DNA of 64,000 nucleotides, from IMG/VR virus record IMGVR_UViG_3300027733_000030, positions 64,001 through 128,000 of that record; one strand, written 5' to 3'. Made by a program: the position numbers and the translations under genes. Source of the DNA: a virus. Under the pieces are notes generated by a model. It saw only the letters and a program-made list of their open reading frames with translations, was not told the DNA's origin and did no database searches. This document shows, piece by piece, positions 40,751 to 50,176 of the stretch (positions are counted from its first letter, which is position 1; every line of letters starts with the position of its first letter).

Positions 40751-42022
40751 TTATAAATTAATGGCTACCTGGACTTCGATTGTTTTAAGTTCGAAGGCAG
40801 GTGTTAAAATGAGGTCAACAATCGCTTTATTCTGATTGGGAACATACGAAACTGTAAAATCGCTTCCCAATAAAGCACCCATGAGCTGCATTCCTCTTAA
40901 ACCGGAAGTAATTGCTGTTTCCATCGCATTGCGAACTTGAATGTTCGATGGCTCACCAATAAACTTCTGGCAAACTTGTCTAATGACAAGAGAAGCTTCG
41001 TCAACAATTCTCTTTGTTGACAAACGCGTGTAGTCTGATGTTGTCTGACCGAATGTCAAACCTTCACCAAAAACTGCTACTTTATTAAAGTTAAGAACAA
41101 CAGTATTGACACCCTTTGTGCTCAAAGCTTGCTGCTGAGTTCTTGTTGGGGCATAGCGAAGAGCTTCGACATTATAAAGTGGCTTATTGACCACTGAACT
41201 ATACGAAGGAAGTCTACTCAACGAAGCTGCCAAGAAGGCTGCGCCATTTGAATAGCCAAAATCTGTTGTTCCCGACTTATAGTTAACTGGCTTAATTTCA
41301 GTAGCAACGATAGAAATATATGGTCCGACTGACTTCCAGGCATCGCCTGCATCTCTGTCTGGCAATCCAGTCAAGGACAACTTAGTTGCCGTTTGGCTCG
41401 GAGTCATTCTTTCATAGGTGGCAGTTCCGCCAAGAGTTGTACTGGCCAAGAAGGGCTTAACGCCCATAATTCCCAGACAAGGGTTAGTATTCTCTGAGAT
41501 TGTCTTAACTGCAACGCCAACTTTGTAGGCCCAGTTTGTTGCATAGGCGCTATTGTTATCTGCATGGAAGCCATATTCTCTGTCATCACTGGGTGTGGCA
41601 GCGTTTGCATTCCAGTCATTGGCTTCTGAGCCACGACCCCAAGGGATAATCATGTCTGGGACTGCTGATTCTGCTGCGACAAAGGCTGCATCAAAAACAG
41701 ATCCACCAAAGGTTGCACTTGTTACTGTGCACAGTGTGTGATTAAATACTGTATCACTTGGGAGCGGGACAATGAAAATTCTTTCAGCGCCAGCAGTGAC
41801 CAGTTCGAGGAATGAGCGGTGTGCGTCTGATCCGCTACCGAATGCGGTAATTGCGTCAGCTTCGTTTGACACTCTAACTACGTCAAGGTCGGGAACTCCA
41901 CCAGTGCCGTCAGCGGTGCTGCGCTTCGCAATAGTTACAATTCTTGGACCAACAGGTGCGTCTTGTCTCGACACACTGTAAAAACGATCTCTTATTAAGG
42001 TTGTTACTCCAGGTATAGCCAT
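40751..42022 (-). CDS. Tail sheath protein
   Basis: MAIPGVTTLIRD start; C-terminal sheath domain (QQQALSTKGVNTV...DYTRLSTKRIVDE...FIGEP...PAFELKTIEVQV). Confidence 0.92.
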   Translation of the reverse strand: MAIPGVTTLIRDRFYSVSRQDAPVGPRIVTIAKRSTADGTGGVPDLDVVRVSNEADAITAFGSGSDAHRSFLELVTAGAERIFIVPLPSDTVFNHTLCTVTSATFGGSVFDAAFVAAESAVPDMIIPWGRGSEANDWNANAATPSDDREYGFHADNNSAYATNWAYKVGVAVKTISENTNPCLGIMGVKPFLASTTLGGTATYERMTPSQTATKLSLTGLPDRDAGDAWKSVGPYISIVATEIKPVNYKSGTTDFGYSNGAAFLAASLSRLPSYSSVVNKPLYNVEALRYAPTRTQQQALSTKGVNTVVLNFNKVAVFGEGLTFGQTTSDYTRLSTKRIVDEASLVIRQVCQKFIGEPSNIQVRNAMETAITSGLRGMQLMGALLGSDFTVSYVPNQNKAIVDLILTPAFELKTIEVQVAINL

Positions 42023-42066
42023 ATTATTTTTAGACCTCCGATTAGGAATCTTTTAGAATCTTCATT

Positions 42067-42074
42067 TATAGTAA
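42067..42074 (-). promoter_or_regulatory. Candidate late-promoter motif TTACTATA upstream of sheath
   Basis: The TACTAT core recurs in the intergenic gaps upstream of sheath, the 257-aa gene, protease and portal. Confidence 0.45.
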
Positions 42075-42135
42075 CAGGTAAGTTATAAAAACAACTTCAC
42101 AAACATTTTATCTGAAGATAAATATATAGGTTTGA

Positions 42136-43032
42136 CTAGTAATTTGGGGTAGCGGATTGTTGCAAGTCAACTATATTTATGGTCACATCTTCATAATTTG
42201 GTGTAGCCAAAGATTCGACAATACCTTTCTCATATGCCATCCAAGTTCTGACATCCACAGCAACCTTCTGAATTCTATCATTCTTAATTGCAAAGGTTTT
42301 TTCAGTAGTCAACATATATGTAACGGTTCTTTTATGAAGGTCTTTACCATCCCTATTTATCTCAGAGTCAGATAACCTTCTAGAATAAATCAATTCTGAA
42401 ACACCAGCTGCTTTAAAGATTGGAGTGTACTCCAACATAAAGTCTTCAAATGCCTCTATGACCTGATCAGATAAGACTGATGCATCAAGATCATCTCTAG
42501 TTGTTGTAATGTTGTTATTCTGAAATGTCCCCACTTTTGTAAGAACTGAAAATGAAACTACATTTTGAAATTTTTGTCCATAAATAGTCACTGTATTAGC
42601 TAATACATTTTGTCTCATTCTAGGCTTAGGTTCTGTAGTATGAGTTTTTCTTAGTTCCAAAGAATATACTATGATTGCTGGAAATTCCTGTAATGCAGCT
42701 AGGCCAGAACTTGATGAAGCTGGGGCGGAAGATATCTCACTCACTTGACTACTGGCAGCCATAGTATCTGAATATGTAGTACTAGTTTCTCTATTGACGC
42801 CGCTTGGAAGTATCGGTATTGTTGGATAACTTTCTTCCCACACCTTTTTAACAAGACCTATAAATTCAAGATAACTTAAATTACCAGAGTATATTTCCTC
42901 TACGCCATTTTCATCTAATCTTCGATAACCTGGCGATTGCAATACCGTATCTTTTAATTGGCTAGCCCAAATTGGTTCAGTAAATCTGCTTTTTCTTCCG
43001 TGTGAAGGAAATCCTCTATTCATATATGTCAT
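42136..43032 (-). CDS. Tail terminator / tail completion protein (probable)
   Basis: QNVVSFSV...FEDFMLEYTPIFKAAGVSELIYSRRLSD...RTVTYMLTTEK fits the terminator fold and position upstream of sheath. Start moved from 43068 to ATG 43032, which has a CAGGAG RBS and abuts the upstream stop. Confidence 0.55.
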   Translation of the reverse strand: MTYMNRGFPSHGRKSRFTEPIWASQLKDTVLQSPGYRRLDENGVEEIYSGNLSYLEFIGLVKKVWEESYPTIPILPSGVNRETSTTYSDTMAASSQVSEISSAPASSSSGLAALQEFPAIIVYSLELRKTHTTEPKPRMRQNVLANTVTIYGQKFQNVVSFSVLTKVGTFQNNNITTTRDDLDASVLSDQVIEAFEDFMLEYTPIFKAAGVSELIYSRRLSDSEINRDGKDLHKRTVTYMLTTEKTFAIKNDRIQKVAVDVRTWMAYEKGIVESLATPNYEDVTINIVDLQQSATPNY

Positions 43033-43033
43033 A

Positions 43034-44653
43034 TTAAGCTCCTGGTCCTGTTGATAGGGCAAAGTCAATCTTTTTGAGTCCTAGAGCGGAAAGGACTTCT
43101 ATATAGAATATTAAACTTCCAACAACAGAACTACTTACTTCTATATTAAAAGAATAATTAACTATAATTTTATCACTCTTTAAAGATTCCAATAAAGATC
43201 TTACATCGTCTACAACTTTATCATAACCCAGTTGACCTATAGCCTTATATGCGTACCCTCTGATTCTGCTAACCAATAAGGCTACAAGTCTCATTTGCGC
43301 TGCTTTATGCAGAGTAGATTCTGGATGAGAAAGAGTATATTCATTGGTTATATATACTTCAAAAGGAGTGGATCTTCTAGTTTTTTTACCCCTATAAATA
43401 CTGTTAACGCCTATATCGTCTAAACGTTGATATTCAGATTGAGATAAATCAGCTCCATATAAAGACATTGCACCTGGTATTCTAGTCCTAATTAGCCCCA
43501 TATTTAATGGTTTGGATGCTAGCATTCCTGCAACTGATGCAGCTATTGATGAGACATAAGATGTTTTAATTTGGTCATGTTGATATACGGCTTCGCCATA
43601 TACTGGAATAACAAATCTTCCATTATCTGAAGAAATTTGACCAGTCATATTTATTGTAGTTAATTTATCAGTTAAAATAGAATTAGATTCCAATAATTCA
43701 ATATCAGAAGATATAAGTCCGCCACTCCTTGATCCTATTACTCCAATTTGTACATAACCAGTAGTATTATGAAAATCTGCACAATAATTAGCTAATTGAC
43801 TTATAAAATCAACTCCACCTGTTTTAATGATAGATGTTTCCAGCGGAACGATAATATCAACAAAATCTAAGTCTTGAATTATAGAATATGTTTCTTCTAA
43901 TCTTTCATAATATTTCTCATAGAAAGTATACTGACTGGGTGTGGCAGAGTTTCTATCAAATAGAGTATTAGATATAACTCTATCTGAATATCTATCTACA
44001 TACTCAGACATGGGGGCTGTTGCGCAGATCATAATATCTCTAGCTCCAGCAGCGTATGCATCGAATACACCTCTTAGCAGGGGGCTAGAAAGGTCTGCTC
44101 CAAGAAGATCAATTGCACTTTGTATTGATCTAATGTTAATAGGATTATTAAATTCTATTCCATTTGCGTGACCAATTAATAAAATTGTACTTGTATTATT
44201 AGCATTTAGTTGCTGATAGTTTGCTTTATAATTAATAACGGTACTTTTATTAGGTGAAATAACTATCGGAGTTAAAGTGGAAGTTTCACCTTGGACTTGG
44301 AATTTTGCACTTATGCTTAAGTTCCCTGTAGAGTTAGTTGTTTGAGCTATAACAGAATAAATTCCCTCGTATAATTTATCTGGAATTTGATAATAAAAAG
44401 TAAATTCTTTAGAATTATTTTTCTCAATATATGTAGAGCCTGTCGGAACTTCTTCTTGAATTAAATAAGAATAAGGGCCATCAATTATCGGACCACTGCC
44501 GTATTCTCCTCTAATGACAGAAAAATATATATCTACGGGCGTTATATTCTCAGTTGGATCATATATATTTCCTTCTGAAATAAATATAAATTTGAATTGT
44601 ACCGACTGACCTCTGCTAACTATTAACATATTATTTCTCTCTAGTTGCGCCAA
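43034..44653 (-). CDS. Sheath-like protein with N-terminal Ig-like domain
   Basis: C-terminal two thirds parallel sheath (SAIDLLG..SPLLRGVFDAYAAGARDI; YQRLDDIGVNSI; QMRLVALL..RIRG). N-terminus RGQSVQFKFIF...YDP...FYYQIP...EGIYSV resembles BppU-like Ig folds. Confidence 0.65.
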   Translation of the reverse strand: MAQLERNNMLIVSRGQSVQFKFIFISEGNIYDPTENITPVDIYFSVIRGEYGSGPIIDGPYSYLIQEEVPTGSTYIEKNNSKEFTFYYQIPDKLYEGIYSVIAQTTNSTGNLSISAKFQVQGETSTLTPIVISPNKSTVINYKANYQQLNANNTSTILLIGHANGIEFNNPINIRSIQSAIDLLGADLSSPLLRGVFDAYAAGARDIMICATAPMSEYVDRYSDRVISNTLFDRNSATPSQYTFYEKYYERLEETYSIIQDLDFVDIIVPLETSIIKTGGVDFISQLANYCADFHNTTGYVQIGVIGSRSGGLISSDIELLESNSILTDKLTTINMTGQISSDNGRFVIPVYGEAVYQHDQIKTSYVSSIAASVAGMLASKPLNMGLIRTRIPGAMSLYGADLSQSEYQRLDDIGVNSIYRGKKTRRSTPFEVYITNEYTLSHPESTLHKAAQMRLVALLVSRIRGYAYKAIGQLGYDKVVDDVRSLLESLKSDKIIVNYSFNIEVSSSVVGSLIFYIEVLSALGLKKIDFALSTGPGA

Positions 44654-45002
44654 CTATCCAATAATTAATTTTACCATGTCTGCCTCTTACTGCAGTTAGC
44701 GCATCAATCTTGAACATTGTATAGTTTCTTGTTGCTTTGGCGGAATAATTTTCATATATCCTATCACCCTCTTTGGGGTAAACAGTGTCTTCGAAGTAAT
44801 ATACTGCGTCATACCCAGTTAAAAGACCTTCGCTGTGCTCTTGTGTTGAGTTAAAATTAGTAGTACCTGATTGCCCAACTTGTCTAGTTGTGACTAATTC
44901 AAATTGGTTATAATGATTACCGTTTGGCAGAATTCTTTGAATATGGACATTATGTCCCCATTCCCTAAGAATCTTTTTAAATGTTTTTTTTACATCAATC
45001 AC
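44631..45002 (-). CDS. Head closure / stopper protein (probable)
   Basis: 123 aa; ILREWGHNVHIQRI...YYFEDTVYPKEGDRIYE...RGRHGKINYW is an SPP1 gp16-like beta-barrel pattern; neck synteny. Confidence 0.55.
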   Translation of the reverse strand: MIDVKKTFKKILREWGHNVHIQRILPNGNHYNQFELVTTRQVGQSGTTNFNSTQEHSEGLLTGYDAVYYFEDTVYPKEGDRIYENYSAKATRNYTMFKIDALTAVRGRHGKINYWIVGATREK

Positions 45003-45897
45003 GGCTTCTAAAACCTCTATTTGGCATTGGGTCTTGTTTAGCGGGGATAGTTCTTACTGCGCCATAAAGTTCTCTGTCTGTAAGATATGCAACTTTTCCG
45101 CCATCTACTTGTGGCATTTTACCACCAGAATAAACAGGACCAACAGTTGGAAGGCCTTTCATCTGGAATCCCATTGGACTAACTTTTGCAGATAGCATTT
45201 CTTTTCTAAGTGCTGTGGCAATTTGGCACCATGTAGTCGCATTATCTCTTGTTACTTTATTTCTTGGTATGGACTTGTTCGTCAGGTTAAAATCTCCAAG
45301 TCTTATGGATATTTCATCATCACCACCATAACCATATGTTCTACTTAACTCGCATGCGGTAGCAGCTTTGATATATTCGTATACAATAAATGCTAAATTA
45401 GTACCATCATCTGTGTCTATGAGACTATACAGACCTTTAACTTCATTTGAGAAATTGTGTGCGATTTCGCCTATTTCTAGCATTGTTGCGTCAGGAAAGT
45501 AAGAAAGTAATTGCTCAGGATCGATGTAAAGAGGTAATATATCTGGCGCAAAAGTGATCGTTTCATCATTTTTGAGAGTTATTGTTGGCTGATATTCTTC
45601 TACCGTAGAACTAACATACAATCTCTGTTCTACTACTACGGTATTAGAGTTTGCCAATAGTCCAGTGAATTTGACTGTATATGTATCAGCTATAGTTGGA
45701 GTATAATCAAAATAAAATATTGAACTAGATATTTGACTAGAAGTATCTGTAACAACAGTTATATTGGATGAATTCTTTATTATTACTTGTGGATTTGTTA
45801 CAGGAGATAATTCTATCTCATTTCCATTAGCGTCAATATCTTTAAATTTTACAGTTATTCTAACTGTATCGCTGACTACAACTCTATCTGTTGACAT
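44995..45897 (-). CDS. Head-tail adaptor with N-terminal Ig-like domain (probable)
   Basis: Ig-like N-terminus (FYFDYTPTIADTYTVKFTG); helical C-terminus (EYIKAATACEL...SIRLGDFNL...WCQIATAL) typical of gp15/gp6-type adaptors. Confidence 0.55.
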   Translation of the reverse strand: MSTDRVVVSDTVRITVKFKDIDANGNEIELSPVTNPQVIIKNSSNITVVTDTSSQISSSIFYFDYTPTIADTYTVKFTGLLANSNTVVVEQRLYVSSTVEEYQPTITLKNDETITFAPDILPLYIDPEQLLSYFPDATMLEIGEIAHNFSNEVKGLYSLIDTDDGTNLAFIVYEYIKAATACELSRTYGYGGDDEISIRLGDFNLTNKSIPRNKVTRDNATTWCQIATALRKEMLSAKVSPMGFQMKGLPTVGPVYSGGKMPQVDGGKVAYLTDRELYGAVRTIPAKQDPMPNRGFRSRD

Positions 45898-45912
45898 CTT
45901 TTACCTCTTAGT

Positions 45913-46365
45913 TTAAGCGTTAGACATAATAGTAACGTCGATTGTCCCTGCCGAGTTATCCTCTAGAATAATAGTTTCTGCGCTGGAAATGACATAGGCT
46001 TCATTCTTATTTATCGATATTGCTATATATCCAGAGCTATACGTATCTTCGCTATTTAAACTTGAAATGGCATACGCGTTTGCGTTTATTGTACTTATTT
46101 CTGAGGATCCGTAACCGTCAAACATTGCAAAAGTCATATAGGATGACGTCTCAGTGTTTTCTATTACTCCGCTTGGAGTAATAACGGAATGACTATCAAC
46201 AAAAACTAATGTGCTATTTACGGACGGTGGCGATATAACAATAACGCCTAATATGTTTAGGCCACCAAAATTAGTAGTTAATCCAAAAGACTGAGGAGAA
46301 ACTACATATACACCACTGTAATTGAAATGATCTTGATTATAGGTTATATCCCCATTGTAGAGCAT
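45913..46365 (-). CDS. Hypothetical virion protein (150 aa)
   Basis: Intact ORF with RBS in the neck region; LYNGDITYNQDHFNY start, Ser/Ile-rich beta composition. Confidence 0.6.
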   Translation of the reverse strand: MLYNGDITYNQDHFNYSGVYVVSPQSFGLTTNFGGLNILGVIVISPPSVNSTLVFVDSHSVITPSGVIENTETSSYMTFAMFDGYGSSEISTINANAYAISSLNSEDTYSSGYIAISINKNEAYVISSAETIILEDNSAGTIDVTIMSNA

Positions 46366-46378
46366 CTAAATCCTTTTA

Positions 46379-48508
46379 TCAGAATGTTCCACAATCGAAT
46401 GTTATACCATCTATAGAGCCACCGGTAATCGAAACATTATTTGAGTTTTGAGTAGCAATTGTTCCCAAACCTAGAGTTGTTCTTGAGGCAGAAGCATCTA
46501 CATCGTCAACCAATGATCTACCAAATGAAGTAAATGTTGCTAAAGCTGCGGTACCAGACCCCGTAAAATATGGAAGCCTGTCTGCAGCAGAAGTCAAGCC
46601 TGCTATAGCGGCAAGTTCTGCGTCATAGGCTTGAACATCTGAGCCGATGGCTAGACCAAGGCTCGTGCGGGCGCCCGATGCACTAGTTGCTCCAGTTCCG
46701 CCATTAGCTAAGGCAATTGTGCTGCCATTCCAAGTGCCAGCTGTAATGGTTCCTACAGTAACTATGCTGTCATCGCCAGAATAGGTTCCACCAGCCACTG
46801 TAGCGAGTGTAGCGTTGTATGCCTGAACATCAGATCCAATTGCCAGGCCTAGATTAGTTCTGGCACCTGAAGCTGATGTTGCACCAGTGCCACCATTAGC
46901 CAAGGCAATAGCCGTACCATTCCAAACGCCAGTTGCAATTGTTCCAACTGAAGTAAGGCTTGAGGCAGTTACTCCTGAGCCAAGAGTAGAACCAGAAAGT
47001 ACAGAAGTCCCTGCAATCAACAATGACTTGCCAGTCAGAAGATTAAGATTTTCTGAAGACGTCCATGCGTCGGTTGCGTCAACCCAGTTAAAAGTCTTGT
47101 CTGTATCACCCTTAAGAGTGATGCCACCACCATCGGCACCTGCGTCTGTCGGGGAGGCGCTTGAGCCAAGTTCGATGTTCTTATCATCAACAGTTACAGT
47201 AGTTGAATTGATTGTAGTGGTTGTGCCGTTGACTGTTAGATCGCCGGAAAGGACAAGGGAGGTACCAGTGGCAGCTCCGATGTTTGGCGTTACAAGCGTT
47301 GGCGTGTTAGCAAAAACGAGTGCGCCAGAACCAGTTTCATCTGAAATCACTGAAATAAGTTCCGATGAAGAAGTAGCTGCAAAAGCTGAAAGCTTATTGG
47401 CAGTAAGAGCTACAGTACCAGTTCCATCCGGAAGGGTGATTGTGCGATCTGCGGTTGGATCACCAGCGGACAATGTCGTTTCAAACGCATCATCTGTAGT
47501 TCCTTCAAAGATTATTGTTCCAGCTGCATTGAGGTTAAGTCCATTAAACGATGGACTAGCAGAGGTTGCGACGCTCTGACCAATTGCAATTGTCGGAGTT
47601 CCACCTTCTGTTGCTGTATCATTTGAAAGTGTTACGCCAGTACCAGCAACAAGTGATGTTACATAGTTTCCTGAAGTATTAGTTCCAAGCGCAATTTCTA
47701 TAGTTGTCGAACTTGCTGCGGTTAAACGACCCTGGGCGTCAACCGTGAAAGTTCCGACCGATGAAGCACCGCCGTATGAGCCAGCTGTTACTGCAGTGTT
47801 GTCAAGGTTTAAGGTAAGCGTATCAGTTGCAGAGGCCACCGATGTTAGGCCTGTGCCACCAACTATAGTGAAGGTATCTCCACCCGAAATTGTTAAAGCT
47901 GCGCCACTGTCTGCCGCTGCTGTAAATGAAGTTGAAATAGAAGCTGTTCCAGCTGCTGTCAAGCGACCCTGAGCATCAACTGTAAAGGTTGGAATTGCGG
48001 TGCCTGAACCATACGAACCAGCTGATACTGCGGTATTGTCAAGATTAACCGTTATAGTATCTGTTGCGGTAGCTGCTGAACTAAGGCCAACTCCACCAGA
48101 AATCGTAAATGTATCGGAAGAAGCAATTGACACTGTGCCAGTATCGCCAGCAGCCGTAAATGAGCTCGATGCTGACGAAACAGCACCGTCTACATATGCT
48201 GTTGTTGCTACTGATGTTGAGTTGTTGCCAGCTGACTTTGTTGTTGCAGTTGCAGAAGCACCAAGGGCTAATGTTCCGGAAAATGTTTTATTTCCAGTAA
48301 TGGTTTGAGTTCCGGACAAGCCTACATAGGCGCCAGGGCCAGCAATAGCTTGAATTGTGGTTGCAGTTCCGCCTGCTCCACCTGATCCCTTACCGTAGTA
48401 AAGGACATCATCAGCTTCATTATATGCCAGCTCTGCGTTTTCAAGGCTTGAGGGTGCGCCAGCAGCGCCGCCAGATGCTCTTCTTTTGATTCTGATTGTA
48501 TTAGCCAT
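46379..48508 (-). CDS. Head/collar fibre protein with internal repeats
   Basis: [10 protein letters not shown]...[14 protein letters not shown] is a common fibre N-terminal (Mtd-N-like) motif; Gly/Ala/Thr-rich repeats. Start moved from 48559 to ATG 48508, 2 nt after the upstream stop. Confidence 0.75.
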   Translation of the reverse strand: MANTIRIKRRASGGAAGAPSSLENAELAYNEADDVLYYGKGSGGAGGTATTIQAIAGPGAYVGLSGTQTITGNKTFSGTLALGASATATTKSAGNNSTSVATTAYVDGAVSSASSSFTAAGDTGTVSIASSDTFTISGGVGLSSAATATDTITVNLDNTAVSAGSYGSGTAIPTFTVDAQGRLTAAGTASISTSFTAAADSGAALTISGGDTFTIVGGTGLTSVASATDTLTLNLDNTAVTAGSYGGASSVGTFTVDAQGRLTAASSTTIEIALGTNTSGNYVTSLVAGTGVTLSNDTATEGGTPTIAIGQSVATSASPSFNGLNLNAAGTIIFEGTTDDAFETTLSAGDPTADRTITLPDGTGTVALTANKLSAFAATSSSELISVISDETGSGALVFANTPTLVTPNIGAATGTSLVLSGDLTVNGTTTTINSTTVTVDDKNIELGSSASPTDAGADGGGITLKGDTDKTFNWVDATDAWTSSENLNLLTGKSLLIAGTSVLSGSTLGSGVTASSLTSVGTIATGVWNGTAIALANGGTGATSASGARTNLGLAIGSDVQAYNATLATVAGGTYSGDDSIVTVGTITAGTWNGSTIALANGGTGATSASGARTSLGLAIGSDVQAYDAELAAIAGLTSAADRLPYFTGSGTAALATFTSFGRSLVDDVDASASRTTLGLGTIATQNSNNVSITGGSIDGITFDCGTF
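46622..46952 (-). repeat. Two ~45-aa repeats ([38 protein letters not shown])
   Basis: Direct alignment of the two copies in the translation. Confidence 0.85.
47700..48170 (-). repeat. Two tandem ~78-aa repeats (SFTAA.D...TFTI.GG.GL...NLDNTAV.AGSYG....[13 protein letters not shown])
   Basis: Direct alignment of the two copies in the translation. Confidence 0.85.
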
Positions 48509-48510
48509 GA

Positions 48511-48849
48511 TTAGAAATTTCCTCCATCGGTAAGATTTTCTTCGGGGTGATTCACCCACACTGAACCATTGTAACGCAAAACGTTACCTGAGTTCACTGT
48601 GGTAATAGTAACGTCAGTCAATCCATTTAGAACTGATTGAGTAGTAATTGTATTTTCTGCAGATATTATTCTATCTTTAACTGTTAAATGACTGCCTGCT
48701 GGATTCAATCCTAAGACTGTTTGTATGGCTTCAATGGCGTCATTTGCATTAGCGTGCTGCTGATGGTGGGGTACTGTTACTGAACTAAGTGCATCAGACG
48801 ATGTAGGATTGATTAATACGTCCAATGCTGCGGGATACTGGGTGGTCAT
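48511..48849 (-). CDS. Small virion protein, fibre N-terminal-like (112 aa)
   Basis: [10 protein letters not shown]...[20 protein letters not shown] is a motif common at fibre N-termini; adjacent to the fibre gene. Confidence 0.55.
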   Translation of the reverse strand: MTTQYPAALDVLINPTSSDALSSVTVPHHQQHANANDAIEAIQTVLGLNPAGSHLTVKDRIISAENTITTQSVLNGLTDVTITTVNSGNVLRYNGSVWVNHPEENLTDGGNF

Positions 48850-48858
48850 AAAAATCCT

Positions 48859-49269
48859 TTATAAGCTAAATATTTTATATTGTTCGTTACTCCAATTAAT
48901 TGTGATGGAGATAGGACTAGTACTAGCAGATACTGGAAGTCCAGTAGCTGTATCTATGTAGGCTAAAAGTCTTGATGTAGATCTAACTCCAGTATCTTTA
49001 TATAAAACTAGATAGGCAAAACCGCTAGTCCCGTAATCTTCTATTGTAATATTATCTGCGTCAAAGATACCAGAAGCTGTTGTTTTTCCGGTCAGTAAAC
49101 TAGTTGTCGCTACAACTGAAGCTTCACTAATGCTTGACAAAAACTCATGTGTACTTAAATTTACTGTATAAGTATTTTTAACTAAAGCAATTTTTATAGT
49201 ATTATCAGTTAAGTCAAATAAACCTTCCAATAAACCTTCTTTGGCCTTTGCATATAGTGCATTAGCCAT
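48859..49269 (-). CDS. Conserved small virion protein (136 aa)
   Basis: MANALYAKAKEGLL...DTIKIALV...FDADNITI...LLAYID pattern is familiar from minor virion proteins; function unknown. Confidence 0.55.
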   Translation of the reverse strand: MANALYAKAKEGLLEGLFDLTDNTIKIALVKNTYTVNLSTHEFLSSISEASVVATTSLLTGKTTASGIFDADNITIEDYGTSGFAYLVLYKDTGVRSTSRLLAYIDTATGLPVSASTSPISITINWSNEQYKIFSL

Positions 49270-50042
49270 CAGATGCCTACTTCTGAAGAAACGATAACTC
49301 TATATTTATATCCAGTCTCAAAATAAGTTTTACTATCCGTATAATAAGAGGGTGTCGCATCAGTTGATGGGAAGTCTATGTAAACATCTGGCTTCCATGA
49401 ATGCATCGAGACTCGTGCTGGAAGTGTTTCCCATCTTATTGGTGTTTTCTGTATTTTCTTACGCTGTGCTTTAAAATACTTACTAGTTAAGAAGTTTGAT
49501 GCTGGACGAGAGCTGAATGAAATAGTAGTTCTTCCATTGTTTTCATCATTTCCTATGTAGAAATCACCATTATTTGGACTAACAGATTCTATATAGAAAT
49601 TAGGATTTTTAGCTAAGATTTGATAGCCGGTTTCAATATCAGCTCTAATAGATTTATCCTCTACTAAAACCTCATTTAAAACAGTAGCTTTACTTTCTTG
49701 TAAAGTAGAAGGTGTTGCAGACTCTGTCTGACTCGTAAAACTGACTCTCTCTTCAGGAACAGTCATTCCTGAAGAATCTAATAAGCTTTGAACGCGGAGA
49801 ACATAGTTGGCATTGGGAGCTAAAATTACATCCCAGTATAAAGTTAAAGTTCTACTAATCTGATTGTAATCAGTAATAGTATTAATATCCCTAAATGGCG
49901 AACTTACCTGAACAGGTGTAGCTGCGTCAGTATAAACTAAAAAATTTGCATTAACTAAGGACGCTATTTTAATAGTCCTACCGAATTTAATGTTAACAGT
50001 ATTAACGCTTACTGTAGCGTTATCAATGAGATATAAGGCCAC
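49269..50042 (-). CDS. Virion protein with Ig-like domains (257 aa)
   Basis: VNIKFGRTIKIASLVNANF...LTLYWDVILAPNANYVLRV is an SbsA/Big-like Ig pattern; FYIESVSPNNG starts a second domain; directly after capsid terminator. Confidence 0.55.
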   Translation of the reverse strand: MALYLIDNATVSVNTVNIKFGRTIKIASLVNANFLVYTDAATPVQVSSPFRDINTITDYNQISRTLTLYWDVILAPNANYVLRVQSLLDSSGMTVPEERVSFTSQTESATPSTLQESKATVLNEVLVEDKSIRADIETGYQILAKNPNFYIESVSPNNGDFYIGNDENNGRTTISFSSRPASNFLTSKYFKAQRKKIQKTPIRWETLPARVSMHSWKPDVYIDFPSTDATPSYYTDSKTYFETGYKYRVIVSSEVGI

Positions 50043-50072
50043 TCAACACACTCCAAATTTAAAACCTAATGT

Positions 50073-50080
50073 AATAGTAA
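50073..50080 (-). promoter_or_regulatory. Candidate late-promoter motif TTACTATT
   Basis: Same TACTAT core, just downstream of the capsid terminator and ~30 nt upstream of the next start. Confidence 0.4.
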
Positions 50081-50091
50081 TAAATTAATTC

Positions 50092-50137
50092 AATAAAAAG
50101 CAGAGGGGGCAGTAGATTTCTCCACCGCCCCCAAGCT
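50092..50137 (-). terminator. Rho-independent terminator after the major capsid gene
   Basis: Minus strand GGGGGCGGTGGA-GAAA-TCTACTGCCCCC (GNRA loop), then TCTGCTTTTTATT. Confidence 0.88.
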
Positions 50138-50176
50138 TCAGGGTAATTTGTAACTATAACGACCCTAAGGTTTTTA

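Noticed and set aside
46887-48308. Plus-strand ORFs of 230, 75 and 102 aa
   Set aside because: Antisense shadows of the GC-richer Thr/Ala/Gly fibre gene.
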